In this document: positions 1-9,679 of the stretch, piece after piece
Layout: every line of letters starts with the position of its first letter
Numbering within the stretch: the stretch's first letter is position 1
From: Flavobacterium sp.
Lineage (GTDB): Bacteria; Bacteroidota; Bacteroidia; Flavobacteriales; Flavobacteriaceae
Reading direction: 5' to 3'
NCBI GenBank assembly: GCA_043770135.1
Contig: JAYVIN010000020.1
Coordinates: 33,929 to 97,928 of the forward strand
DNA length: 64,000 bases
Notes under the pieces: generated by a model
What the model saw: the letters and a program-made list of their open reading frames with translations, nothing else
The model's database searches: none
Told to the model about the DNA's origin: nothing
Program-made: the position numbers and the translations under genes

Positions 1-2075
1 TACAAGAAATTGATTTTGAGGGAAATACAAAAATAGCTGACAAGTCCTTGCGAAAAGTGATGAAAAACACCAAGCAAAAAAATCCGATCAGAGTATTAAA
101 AGCTTCCAAGTATATTAAGGATAAATTTAAAAGCGATTTAGAATCAGTAGTCGCATCTTATAAAGAGAAAGGGTATAGAGATGCTAGAATCGTTTCGGAT
201 TCTGTTTTTTACAACAAAGAAACCAATAAACTATCCGTAAAAGTAAATGTTGAAGAAGGCAATAAATATTATTTTGGAAACATCAAGTTTTTAGGAAATA
301 CGGTTTATTCGGATCAGGGTTTAAATAGTATGGTCGGGATTAATAAAGGAGATGTTTATAACGGGGTGCTTCTTGAAAAAAGAATCGCCGATAAAACAAA
401 ACCAGATGGCGATGACATTACAAATTTATACCAAAATAACGGGTATTTGTTTTCGACCATAAACCCAGTTGAAGTAAGAACGGCTAACGACACTATTGAT
501 TTTGAAATACGAATTACCGAAGGTCCTATTGCTTATTTTAATAAGATTACCGTAACCGGAAATGACAAAACCAATGATCACGTAATTTACAGAGAGCTAA
601 AAACAAAACCCGGAGAAAAATACAACAAAGAACTGCTCATTAGAACCATTCGTGAGATTGGGCAATTGGGTTATTTTGACCCAGAGGCAATCGAACCAAA
701 ATTCAAGAATGTAGATGCATCTGCTGGTACAGTTGATATTGAATATCCTTTGACAGAGAAAGGAGCAAGCCAAATTGAATTGCAAGGAGGTTATGGCGGT
801 GGCGGATTTATAGGAACTTTAGGATTGTCGTTTAATAACTTTTCGGTAAAAAACCTTTTCAAAAAAGAAGCTTATAAACCCTTGCCTATGGGCGATGGTC
901 AAAAAGTTTCACTTCGTTTACAAGCCAGTATATTTTTTAAAACCTACAGTTTGTCTTTTTCTGAGCCTTGGTTTGGAGGGAAAAAACCAGTTCAATTTAG
1001 TACCTCCTTATCGTATAGTAAACAGTTTTTGGGTTCTTCATCCTTTCAAGATGTCGATAAAAGTAGAAGTTTTAATCTACTTACTTTGTCTATTGGTATC
1101 GCTAAACGACTTACTGTTCCTGATGATTTCTTCGTATTATCACAATCACTAAGTTTTCAACATTATGATTTAAATAATTATAATACGGGTTTATTTACTT
1201 TTGGAGATGGAATTTCCAGAAACATGGCTTATACTATTGGATTAACTAGAAATAGTAAAGGGGTTAATCCAATATTTCCTACTTATGGTTCAGAGTTTAG
1301 CGTTTCGGGTAAATTTACCTTGCCTTATTCTTTGTTCAACGGGATTGACTATGCTAATTTAGGAAATTTAGAGGAGAACAAACGGAGGGCTACTGCTGAT
1401 GCAACTTTACCAGATAGCAACGGAGTAATTATTAAAGTTGGTAATTATATTGATGTAAACGGAAATAAAGTAGATAATTATCAAGAAGCAGCAGCCGATG
1501 ATTCAAAAGTAGATCAAAAGAAATTCAATTGGTTAGAATATTATAAAATAAAATTCAAAGCCGATTGGTATACCAAAATTTATGGTAAATTCGTATTGCG
1601 AACATTAACCGAATTTGGTTTCTTAGGGGCATACAATCAAGATAGAGGATTGGTTCCTTTTGAAAGATTCTATTTGGGTGGTGATGGGATGCAAAACTTT
1701 TCGATGGATGGTAGAGAAACCATACAGCTAAGGGGGTATCCTAACAATGCACTAACACCAATAGATAAACTAAGTGGGGATCAATTAGGAGCTACAGTAT
1801 ATAACAAGTTTTCGATGGAAATGAGATACCCAATTACCTTAAAAGCGGCAGCCTCTATTTATGCACTTGCATTCTTAGAAGCTGGTTCGGCTTATGAAGG
1901 TTTCAGAGGCTATAATCCATTTCAATTGAAGCGTTCGGCGGGATTAGGTATTCGAATATTTATGCCTGCATTTGGATTATTAGGAATCGATTTTGCAAAA
2001 GGATTCGATGCCTTGCCAGGATTTACACAACCCAATGGTTGGGAAACCCATTTTATTATAGGACAACAATTTTAA
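1..2075 (+). CDS. bamA: Outer membrane protein assembly factor BamA, 5'-truncated by the window edge
   Basis: Frame 3 is open from base 3 (QEIDFEGNTKIADKSLRKVMK, POTRA-like), so the ATG at 48 is internal. POTRA repeats are followed by an Omp85 barrel ending GWETHFIIGQQF. Two OmpH/Skp genes follow, the conserved layout. Confidence 0.9.
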   Translation, partial: QEIDFEGNTKIADKSLRKVMKNTKQKNPIRVLKASKYIKDKFKSDLESVVASYKEKGYRDARIVSDSVFYNKETNKLSVKVNVEEGNKYYFGNIKFLGNTVYSDQGLNSMVGINKGDVYNGVLLEKRIADKTKPDGDDITNLYQNNGYLFSTINPVEVRTANDTIDFEIRITEGPIAYFNKITVTGNDKTNDHVIYRELKTKPGEKYNKELLIRTIREIGQLGYFDPEAIEPKFKNVDASAGTVDIEYPLTEKGASQIELQGGYGGGGFIGTLGLSFNNFSVKNLFKKEAYKPLPMGDGQKVSLRLQASIFFKTYSLSFSEPWFGGKKPVQFSTSLSYSKQFLGSSSFQDVDKSRSFNLLTLSIGIAKRLTVPDDFFVLSQSLSFQHYDLNNYNTGLFTFGDGISRNMAYTIGLTRNSKGVNPIFPTYGSEFSVSGKFTLPYSLFNGIDYANLGNLEENKRRATADATLPDSNGVIIKVGNYIDVNGNKVDNYQEAAADDSKVDQKKFNWLEYYKIKFKADWYTKIYGKFVLRTLTEFGFLGAYNQDRGLVPFERFYLGGDGMQNFSMDGRETIQLRGYPNNALTPIDKLSGDQLGATVYNKFSMEMRYPITLKAAASIYALAFLEAGSAYEGFRGYNPFQLKRSAGLGIRIFMPAFGLLGIDFAKGFDALPGFTQPNGWETHFIIGQQF

Positions 2076-2115
2076 AACATATTTAAACGTTACATTCTTT
2101 AAAAAAAACACAGTT

Positions 2116-3585
2116 ATGGGAAAGCAGTTTTTAATTCTATTTTTAGTATTGATTATAAGCGGTTCAATTCAAGCACAAACCAAAGGGACTAAAATAGGTT
2201 ACATTGATATGGAATACATATTACAAAATGTTCCTGATTATACCGAAGCGCAAAGCCAATTGGAGCAAAAAGCGCAAGAATGGAAACAACAGGTTGAAGT
2301 TAAGAAAACCGAAATAAACAAGCTGAAAGAAGCACTAAATGCAGAGAAAGCGCTGTTAACAAAGGAACTTATTGCTGAAAGAGAAACTGAAATCAGCTTT
2401 CTTGAAACCGAAAACTTAGATTATCAACAAAAAAGATTTGGTCCTCAAGGTGATTTAATTTTGCAAAAATCAGTTTTGACAAAACCAATTCAAGATCAGG
2501 TTTTTACAGTGATTCAGGATATTGCAGAAGCCAAAAAATATGATTTTATTTTTGATAAAACTTCCGATTTGACTATGCTTTTTGCCGCTAAACGATTTGA
2601 TATCAGCGATCAGGTTTTACGGGTGTTAAACCGTTCTGAAAAAAGAGAACAAATGTCTAAAAAGGAAATCGCAGCCGAAGAAGCTAGAGATGCCAAAGAA
2701 GACGCTGTTAACGAAAATCCAGCGCTAGCAGAAAGAAAAAAATTACTAGACGATAAAAAATCAGCTAGAGATAAGGCATTAGAAGATAGAAAGCTTTTGC
2801 AAGAGCAACGAAAAAAAGACATAGAAGACAGAAAGAAACAACTTATTCTTGACAAGGAAGCCAAAAGAACTGGCAATAGTACAACTGCTAATAAAACCAC
2901 ATCAAGTGATGGTGTTTCAGCAGCAGAAGCTTCCAGAACATCTGCAGCAGCAGATGCAAAACAAAAAAAAGCAGATGAAACTGCAAGAATTCTTGAAGAG
3001 CGCAAGAAAACTATAGAAGATCGTAAAAATGCTGTAGAAGAAAAAAGAAAACAAATACTTGAAGAACGAGAAGCTAAGAAAAGTGGTTCTACTAAAGTAG
3101 AAACTAAAGCAACAGAAATAGAAACAAAACCGACTCAAGTTGCAACAGAAAAAAAAGCTGAGGTTTCAAAAGTAAATACTGCTGCCATAGCCAAACAAAA
3201 ACAAGCGGACGATAAAGCAAGAATTCTTGAAGAACGTAAAAAAGCGATTGAAGATCAAAAAAAGGCAATTGAAGAAAAAAGAAAACAAATTTTAGAAGAA
3301 AGAGAGTCTAAAAAAATTGGCACGGTTTCTGAAAAGAAAATTAAAGAAGAGGTAAAACAAGAAATAAAAGAAGAAGTAAAAGTTACAACAGCGGCTGTTG
3401 ACTCAACAAAAGTAGTCGTGACAGAAAAATTAACGCCACAAGAGCTTAAACAAAAACAATTAGATGCTAGAAACAAAGTAATGCAAGACCGCAAAAAACT
3501 AATTGAAGAAAACAGAAAAGCTTTGGAAGAAAAAAAGAAAAAAATTCTTGAAGATAGAGAAACTGCAAAAAAAGGAACAAAATAA
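2116..3585 (+). CDS. OmpH/Skp-family periplasmic chaperone with a long Lys/Glu-rich repetitive C-terminal extension
   Basis: Signal peptide MGKQFLILFLVLIISGSIQAQ. The N-terminal ~170 aa are OmpH-like (IGYIDMEYILQNVPDY, coiled coil, FDKTSDLTMLFAAKRFDISDQV). Residues ~190-489 are K/E/R-rich repeats. Confidence 0.8.
   Translation: MGKQFLILFLVLIISGSIQAQTKGTKIGYIDMEYILQNVPDYTEAQSQLEQKAQEWKQQVEVKKTEINKLKEALNAEKALLTKELIAERETEISFLETENLDYQQKRFGPQGDLILQKSVLTKPIQDQVFTVIQDIAEAKKYDFIFDKTSDLTMLFAAKRFDISDQVLRVLNRSEKREQMSKKEIAAEEARDAKEDAVNENPALAERKKLLDDKKSARDKALEDRKLLQEQRKKDIEDRKKQLILDKEAKRTGNSTTANKTTSSDGVSAAEASRTSAAADAKQKKADETARILEERKKTIEDRKNAVEEKRKQILEEREAKKSGSTKVETKATEIETKPTQVATEKKAEVSKVNTAAIAKQKQADDKARILEERKKAIEDQKKAIEEKRKQILEERESKKIGTVSEKKIKEEVKQEIKEEVKVTTAAVDSTKVVVTEKLTPQELKQKQLDARNKVMQDRKKLIEENRKALEEKKKKILEDRETAKKGTK
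2956..3324 (+). repeat. In-frame tandem repeat, 234-bp (78-aa) period, inside the OmpH-like gene
   Basis: Core 135-bp units at 2956-3090 and 3190-3324 encode near-identical KQKKADETARILEERKKTIEDRKNAVEEKRKQILEEREAKKSGS / KQKQADDKARILEERKKAIEDQKKAIEEKRKQILEERESKKIGT. Degenerate copies flank them at about 2740-2880 and 3448-3582. Confidence 0.85.
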
Positions 3586-3631
3586 AAAAGAGATTACAAA
3601 CAACAATTAATTATTAAATATTTTAAAAACG

Positions 3632-4132
3632 ATGAAACAAATCAAAACTTTACTTATTGCTACACTATTCATTTTAGGAGCAAGTCAAACTAGTAACGCA
3701 CAAGCAAAAACGGCACATGTTGACGTGACAGATATTATGTCAAAAATGCCTGCAATGTTAGATGCACAAAAACAGCTTGAGAAAATTAGCGCAACTTATG
3801 ATGCAGATTACAAAAAAATGGCAGAAGAGTTTAAAGCAAAATTAGCAAAATATGATGCTGAAGCTGCAACTGTTTCTGAGGCTATGAATGGTGAGCGTCA
3901 GAAAGAAGTAACTGATATGCAAAAAAGAATTCAAGAATTTGGACAAAACGCTCAAAAAGAAGTACAACAAAAACAAGAAGATATTACTAAACCAATCTAC
4001 GAAAAAGTAAGAGCTTCTATCCAAAAAGTGGGTAAAGCAAAAGGTTTTCAATATGTTTTAGATGGATCTACGCTTTTACTAGCTGATGGTCCAAACATCA
4101 CAGATGATGTTAAAAAAGATTTAGGATTTTAA
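3632..4132 (+). CDS. OmpH/Skp-family periplasmic chaperone (166 aa)
   Basis: Signal peptide, coiled-coil middle and GFQYVLDGSTLLLADGPNITDDV tail typical of OmpH. It is the second skp-like gene after bamA. Confidence 0.85.
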   Translation: MKQIKTLLIATLFILGASQTSNAQAKTAHVDVTDIMSKMPAMLDAQKQLEKISATYDADYKKMAEEFKAKLAKYDAEAATVSEAMNGERQKEVTDMQKRIQEFGQNAQKEVQQKQEDITKPIYEKVRASIQKVGKAKGFQYVLDGSTLLLADGPNITDDVKKDLGF

Positions 4133-4157
4133 TTCTATATTTTTATTATTATTTTAG

Positions 4158-4192
4158 AAACTGCTCTTCCATTAATGGATAAGCAGTTTTTT
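4158..4192 (+). terminator. Rho-independent terminator after the bamA-ompH-ompH unit
   Basis: Imperfect hairpin AACTGCTCTTCCATT / AATGGATAAGCAGTT followed by a T-run (4187-4192). Confidence 0.6.
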
Positions 4193-4236
4193 ATTTTAAA
4201 ACAAATTTATAGTATATTTATTCCAAAGATATTTTA

Positions 4237-5013
4237 ATGCATAACAATCAACCTATAGGAATTTTTGACTCAGGTATTGGCGGAACTTCCATTTGGGCGG
4301 CTATTCATCATTTACTGCCGCATGAAAAAACGATTTATCTTGCAGACAGTAAAAATGCTCCTTACGGTCAAAAGTCAAAGGATGAAATCATCGCGCTATG
4401 CATCAAAAACACAGAGCTATTATTAAAAATGGATTGTAAATTAATCGTTGTGGCTTGTAATACTGCGACTACGAATGCCATTCAAGAATTAAGGGCAAAA
4501 TTCAATATCCCGTTTATCGGTATAGAACCTGCTATTAAACCTGCTGCGACAAACTCCAGAACTCAAACAATAGGAATTTTAGCCACACAAGGAACACTAA
4601 ACAGTGAACTGTTTAATAAAACTGCCGAAAAATTTCATGAAACAAAAATCATCGAACAAGTTGGGCATGGTTTGGTAGAATTAATCGAAAATGGTGACAT
4701 TAACTCCCCGCAAATGACAAAACTACTTCGTTCCTATTTACAACCCATGATTGATGTAGATATTGATTATTTGGTATTAGGTTGCAGTCATTATCCTTAT
4801 TTAATTCCTCAAATAAAAAAAATACTTCCAGACAACATTCAAATCATTGATTCTGGGGAAGCTGTAGCTCGACAAACACTAAATGTTTTAGGAGAAAAAA
4901 TGGGTTTTTCGGAAGGAAAAGCAGCTGAGCCTATTTTTTATACGAATGCCAAATCAAAAGTACTTTCCGAAATTTTAGAAAATAAATATTTCGTGATTGA
5001 AAAAGACTTCTAA
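4237..5013 (+). CDS. murI: Glutamate racemase
   Basis: GIFDSGIGG N-terminus and the two catalytic Cys motifs VVACNTAT and LGCSHYP. Confidence 0.92.
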   Translation: MHNNQPIGIFDSGIGGTSIWAAIHHLLPHEKTIYLADSKNAPYGQKSKDEIIALCIKNTELLLKMDCKLIVVACNTATTNAIQELRAKFNIPFIGIEPAIKPAATNSRTQTIGILATQGTLNSELFNKTAEKFHETKIIEQVGHGLVELIENGDINSPQMTKLLRSYLQPMIDVDIDYLVLGCSHYPYLIPQIKKILPDNIQIIDSGEAVARQTLNVLGEKMGFSEGKAAEPIFYTNAKSKVLSEILENKYFVIEKDF

Positions 5014-5018
5014 ATCAA

Positions 5019-5537
5019 TTAGTCCTCTTTTTTATACCAACTGGAATACATTACATAATTATTAGAAATGCGTTCTATCTCTCCAGCAAAATCAGATTGG
5101 TCAATATCTTTTACTTTTTTTGCTGGAACTCCTGCATAAATAGAACCTGATTTTACGATAGTATTTTGAGTAACTACAGCTCCTGCAGCAATAATTGAAT
5201 TGCTTTCAATAACACAATTGTCCATCACAATAGCTCCCATTCCTATCAAAACATTATCGTGGATAGTACAGCCATGCACAATAGCATTATGACCAATAGA
5301 AACATTATTGCCAATAAAAGTTGGATGTTTTTGATAGGTGCAATGAATGATAGCACCATCTTGAATATTGACTTTGTTTCCAATAGTTATAAAATGTACA
5401 TCTCCTCTGATAATAGCATTAAACCAAATACTGCAATAATCGCCAAAAGTAACATCGCCAATAACAGTAGCATTTTCGGCTACAAAACAATCGTTAGGGA
5501 TATTGGGAGTTTTTCCGTTTACAGTAAGTATGGGCAT
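5019..5537 (-). CDS. Gamma-carbonic-anhydrase-family / left-handed beta-helix (hexapeptide repeat) protein
   Basis: 172 aa with repeated hexapeptide [LIV]G pattern (IGDVTFGD, IGNKVNIQDG, IGNNVSIGHNA, IGMGAIV) and His residues as in the YrdA/PaaY family. Confidence 0.85.
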   Translation of the reverse strand: MPILTVNGKTPNIPNDCFVAENATVIGDVTFGDYCSIWFNAIIRGDVHFITIGNKVNIQDGAIIHCTYQKHPTFIGNNVSIGHNAIVHGCTIHDNVLIGMGAIVMDNCVIESNSIIAAGAVVTQNTIVKSGSIYAGVPAKKVKDIDQSDFAGEIERISNNYVMYSSWYKKED

Positions 5538-5553
5538 TTTAAATAACCTAAAA

Positions 5554-6552
5554 TTAATTTATCGCTGGACAATTACATTCGTATTTTTCTCGTTCACAAA
5601 ACAAATTAATCCCTAAAGTGATCTGGTGATAGCCTCCAGTGTCAAATTTTATATCTCCCGAAATTTGAGAGTAGGTGTAAGCAAACATATATTTGTCGTA
5701 GTTGATTCCTATAATTGGAGTAATGTATTGTAATTTTTGAGACAAAACAGCATTTCCGGATAAGTATTCAGCTCCATCTAAGCTTCTACGATAGGATAAC
5801 CCACCCCATAATTTTCCGAAATCGAAATTTTTGTAGGCTTTCATATTGATGTCAATCAATTTTTCGTTTGTTTTCTCTACTAGTTGAAACAAAATAGAAG
5901 GTTCCCACAAAATTCTATATTTATCTCCAAAATTATAACCTGCACTCAATAAGTATTTTCTCAAATTATCACTTTCAATTTCAGTATATATTCCCCTACT
6001 TGTTTCTAAAGCATTCTTGACTGTAGCATGCATATAAAAATCCAAATAATTATAAGAGGCACCAACATCCACATTAAAATAGGAGTCTTTTTGAACAATA
6101 GTTCCATCAACTATAGGATCCCAAATACCAGAATTTAAAAACTCAGTTTCGTCTAATTGACTCTGAATCAATCCTAAACTCATTCCAAATGACAGCTGAT
6201 TCAAATCGATGGCGTCACGAGAAAACATAATATGGTGCGCGTAGGTAAATTTTGCTCCTGTTTGAGAATGATAGCCGTTTCTATCACTAAATAATATAAT
6301 CCCAGCACCAGACTTTTCGCCAATCCTTCCGTTGAAACTAACGGTTTGAAGTGAGGGAGCATCGCTTTGGTCAAACCATTGCTTTCTTGAAGTTAATCTC
6401 ACTTTTGCGCAATTGGCAGCACCTGCCATTGATGGATGTAACAAATAATAGTTGTCTGATAAATAATCGGAATAAACTGCAATTCCTTGTTGTGAAAAAG
6501 AAAACTGACTCATCAAAAAAAGCACTAAAAAAAAATTGATTTTATTAAGCAT
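5554..6552 (-). CDS. PorP/SprF-family type IX secretion system outer-membrane protein
   Basis: Signal peptide then QQGIAVYSDYLSDNYYLLHPSMAGAAN, matching the PorP/SprF N-terminal signature. About 330 aa with an alternating beta-barrel pattern. Confidence 0.75.
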   Translation of the reverse strand: MLNKINFFLVLFLMSQFSFSQQGIAVYSDYLSDNYYLLHPSMAGAANCAKVRLTSRKQWFDQSDAPSLQTVSFNGRIGEKSGAGIILFSDRNGYHSQTGAKFTYAHHIMFSRDAIDLNQLSFGMSLGLIQSQLDETEFLNSGIWDPIVDGTIVQKDSYFNVDVGASYNYLDFYMHATVKNALETSRGIYTEIESDNLRKYLLSAGYNFGDKYRILWEPSILFQLVEKTNEKLIDINMKAYKNFDFGKLWGGLSYRRSLDGAEYLSGNAVLSQKLQYITPIIGINYDKYMFAYTYSQISGDIKFDTGGYHQITLGINLFCEREKYECNCPAIN

Positions 6553-6679
6553 TCGAAAGAGTATTAGTTAAAATTTGTTTCAATCAATTTAGTAACGAGA
6601 AAAAATAGTATTTATTTAATTCTTTGTTAAATCTCAGAATTAAAAATCAAATATAGTTATTAGTAGAAAATAACTTCGC

Positions 6680-6687
6680 TAAATTTG
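6680..6687 (+). promoter_or_regulatory. Candidate Bacteroidota -7 box (TAAATTTG) for the NifU-like gene
   Basis: Matches TAnnTTTG 19 nt upstream of the ATG at 6706. Confidence 0.4.
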
Positions 6688-6705
6688 TAAAAAAATAAAG
6701 AACTC

Positions 6706-7632
6706 ATGTCAAAAATAACAATAAAAGAAACTCAAAATCCGAGTATACTAAAATTTGAATTCGAAGATTTCATTACCAAAAATGACCCGAGCCTTGGCGA
6801 ACTGGCGAATCAAAGTTTTGAGTTCAAAAACATCGACGAAGCAACCAATTCTCCTTTGGCACAAAAACTATTTTATTTGCCTTTTGTAAAAACAGTCTAT
6901 ATATCAGGAAATTTTATTGCCATCGAAAAATTTAGTATCGTAGAATGGGACGATGTAAAGGATGCTGTTGCTGAACAAATTGAAACTTTTGTTTCAAATG
7001 GAGGAATAATCATAACTGAATCTGAAAACAAGCCCAAAAAACAACCCATAACGGTTTATGGCGAAACAACACCAAATCCAGCGGCTCTGAAATTTGTGGT
7101 TAATAAAATGCTTACGAAAACTGCCGTTGAATTTAAAAATATTGACCAAACGACTGCTTCGCCATTGGCACAAGAATTATTTAAATTTCCTTATGTAAAA
7201 GAAGTTTTTATTGATGAAAATTACATATCGGTAACGAAATATGAAATCAATGATTGGCAAGATATCACCTTAGAAATAAGAACCTTTATCAAACAATTTA
7301 TCGAAAATGGCGGAACTGTTCTTGACGAAAACTTGATTGCTGCCAGCGTTGAACAAGAGGCTTTAAAAACGGAAAACTTTGATAAGCTTGACCTCACTTC
7401 GCAACAAATTATCAACATACTTGAAGAATTTGTAAAACCAGCGGTTCAGGCTGATGGTGGGAATATCGCGTTCGAATCTTATGACGAATCAACAAAAATA
7501 GCAAAAGTAATTCTTCAAGGTGCCTGTAGCGGTTGTCCATCATCAACTTTTACTTTGAAAAGTGGTATCGAAAACATGCTGAAAAGTATGTTGAACGATG
7601 AGCAAATTACAGTCGAGGCGGTAAACGCATAA
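6706..7632 (+). CDS. NifU/Nfu-family Fe-S cluster protein with a duplicated Nfu_N-like domain
   Basis: Two homologous N-terminal repeats (FEFKNIDEATNSPLAQKLFYLPFVKTVYISGNFIAIEK / VEFKNIDQTTASPLAQELFKFPYVKEVFIDENYISVTK). C-terminal NifU domain carries GACSGCPSS. Confidence 0.8.
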   Translation: MSKITIKETQNPSILKFEFEDFITKNDPSLGELANQSFEFKNIDEATNSPLAQKLFYLPFVKTVYISGNFIAIEKFSIVEWDDVKDAVAEQIETFVSNGGIIITESENKPKKQPITVYGETTPNPAALKFVVNKMLTKTAVEFKNIDQTTASPLAQELFKFPYVKEVFIDENYISVTKYEINDWQDITLEIRTFIKQFIENGGTVLDENLIAASVEQEALKTENFDKLDLTSQQIINILEEFVKPAVQADGGNIAFESYDESTKIAKVILQGACSGCPSSTFTLKSGIENMLKSMLNDEQITVEAVNA

Positions 7633-7646
7633 TTCGCTTTCAAAAA

Positions 7647-9662
7647 ATGAACCTACTTTCACAAGAAACTAGTCCGTACTTATTACAACACGGCAATAAT
7701 CCGGTGCATTGGAAAGCTTGGAACCCAGTTTCATTGGCGGAAGCCAAAGCCAAAAACAAACTTATGGTTATCAGTATAGGCTATTCTGCTTGTCACTGGT
7801 GTCATGTCATGGAGCACGAAAGTTTTGAAGACCAACAAGTCGCCAATGTCATGAATGCGAATTTCATTAACATCAAAGTCGATCGTGAAGAACGACCTGA
7901 TGTAGATGCTGTTTACATGAAAGCGATTCAAATCATGAGTGGGCGAGGGGGTTGGCCTCTAAATGTTGTAACATTACCAGACGGAAGACCGGTTTGGGGT
8001 GGCACTTATTTTAGAAAGCAGGAATGGATTCAAACCCTGAGTCAATTGCAAGAAATATTTATATCCTCTCCCGAAAAAATGATTGACTATGCCGAGAAAT
8101 TACATCAAGGCATTCAATCCATTGGAATTGTCAAGAATGAGTCCGAAGAAACTATTGTAAACCCAAATAAAATTGCAGATTTAATAGTAAAATGGAAAGA
8201 GTATTTCGATTGGGATTTTGGCGGAATGGCAAGTTCTCCCAAGTTTATGATGCCCAATAATTATCATTTTTTGATGCGCTATGGTTATCAAAAAAAAGAT
8301 ACAAAATTGCTCGATTTCGTGAATCTCACGTTAACAAAAATGGCGATAGGAGGAATTTTCGATACTGTTGATGGCGGATTTTCACGTTATTCAGTTGATA
8401 ATAAATGGCATGTTCCCCATTTTGAAAAAATGCTTTATGACAACGGACAATTAGTTTCACTATATAGCGATGGGTACAAATTAACCCAAAATGCCTTGTA
8501 TAAAGAAATTGTCGAAAAAACACTTTCGTTTGTCGAAAGAGAATTAATGAATTCCGAGGGTGGATTTTATTGCGCATTGGACGCCGATAGTTTAAATACT
8601 GAAAATCATCTTGAAGAAGGGGCTTTTTATATTTGGAAAATTCCCGAATTAAAGACAATTATTGGAGACGAGTTCGATTTGTTTAGTCAAGTATTCAACA
8701 TTAATCCCTTCGGATTATGGGAACATTGTAATTATGTTTTGATACAAAGTTTTTCCTTGGAAGAAATAGCAAAAGACAATAACATCTTACTTTCTGAACT
8801 CGAAAACAAAAAGAAAAACTGGGAAAAATTACTGTATCTAGAAAGAGAAAAGCGCCATAAACCAAGGCTAGACGATAAATGCCTTACGTCTTGGAATGCT
8901 ATCATGCTCAAAGGCTTTGTTGATGCTTACGCCGCTTTTGGAAATAAAAAACATTTAGATTTAGCTTTGCAAAACGCTAATTTTATCATCGAGAAATTGT
9001 GGTCAAGCAATGGAAATTTATGGCATAATTACAAGAATAAGAAAGCCAACATCAACGGATATTTAGAAGATTATTGTTTTGTAATAGCTGCGTTTATTAG
9101 TTTATACGAAGTCACTTTTGAAGAAAAATGGCTGTTTGATGCAAAAAAACTCGCCGATTATAGCCTGGAGCATTTTTATGATGACAACTCTGGTTTTTTT
9201 GCTTTCACTTCAAATTTAGATGACGCATTGATTACTACCCATTTTGAAACCGAAGACAATGTAATTCCCGCTTCTAATTCGGTTATGGGTAAAAATCTAT
9301 TTCAGTTGGGAATCTATTTTGAAAATTCAGATTACGAGAAAATAGCACAACGAATGATGCAAAATATTTTGCCAACGATCACCAATCCTTCGGGGTATTC
9401 TAATTGGCTGGATTTAGCATTAAATTATTCGGAAGACAACAAGGAACTGGCTATTTGTGGCGATTTGGCTTTAGAGTATGGTACTAAAATTACCAATTTG
9501 TACCTTCCCAATGTGGTTTTAGCAGGTGCAAAAGCCTCATCAAATATACCTTTTTTAAAAAATCGATATGATTCTAATCAGAACCTATTTTATCTGTGTC
9601 AAAATCAAACTTGCTTAGCACCAAGCTCGAAATTTGAAGAGATTATTTCGAAATTGAGTTAA
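7647..9662 (+). CDS. Thioredoxin-domain protein of the DUF255/YyaL family (thioredoxin fold plus six-hairpin domain)
   Basis: N-terminal SPYLLQHGNNPVHW, YSACHWCHVMEHESF and GGWPLNV motifs typical of this family. 671 aa. Confidence 0.85.
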   Translation: MNLLSQETSPYLLQHGNNPVHWKAWNPVSLAEAKAKNKLMVISIGYSACHWCHVMEHESFEDQQVANVMNANFINIKVDREERPDVDAVYMKAIQIMSGRGGWPLNVVTLPDGRPVWGGTYFRKQEWIQTLSQLQEIFISSPEKMIDYAEKLHQGIQSIGIVKNESEETIVNPNKIADLIVKWKEYFDWDFGGMASSPKFMMPNNYHFLMRYGYQKKDTKLLDFVNLTLTKMAIGGIFDTVDGGFSRYSVDNKWHVPHFEKMLYDNGQLVSLYSDGYKLTQNALYKEIVEKTLSFVERELMNSEGGFYCALDADSLNTENHLEEGAFYIWKIPELKTIIGDEFDLFSQVFNINPFGLWEHCNYVLIQSFSLEEIAKDNNILLSELENKKKNWEKLLYLEREKRHKPRLDDKCLTSWNAIMLKGFVDAYAAFGNKKHLDLALQNANFIIEKLWSSNGNLWHNYKNKKANINGYLEDYCFVIAAFISLYEVTFEEKWLFDAKKLADYSLEHFYDDNSGFFAFTSNLDDALITTHFETEDNVIPASNSVMGKNLFQLGIYFENSDYEKIAQRMMQNILPTITNPSGYSNWLDLALNYSEDNKELAICGDLALEYGTKITNLYLPNVVLAGAKASSNIPFLKNRYDSNQNLFYLCQNQTCLAPSSKFEEIISKLS

Positions 9663-9679
9663 AAAATTTAATCAACAAT

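Noticed and set aside
2956-3324. Possible CRISPR array or other spaced-repeat locus
   Set aside because: The only regularly spaced repeats in the window are the 234-bp in-frame coding repeats here and the 7-bp microsatellite at 30813. Neither has CRISPR geometry (24-48 bp repeats with unique spacers) and no cas genes are present.
2610-3494. Minus-strand ORFs 2610-3005, 2917-3138 and 3255-3494 inside the OmpH-like gene
   Set aside because: These are antisense shadows of the low-complexity AAR/GAR-rich repeat region. Their products are Phe/Ser/Leu/Cys-rich strings with no motifs, and the plus-strand gene has a signal peptide and an OmpH domain.
6781-6812. GC-rich patch GACCCGAGCCTTGGCGAACTGGCGAAT in the NifU-like gene, encoding DPSLGELAN (absent from the second Nfu_N repeat)
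   Set aside because: It looked like a further in-frame copy of the GC-rich mini-element. It lacks both the hairpin and the GGGTTGGGG tract, so it was not counted. It may simply be a loop difference between the duplicated domains.
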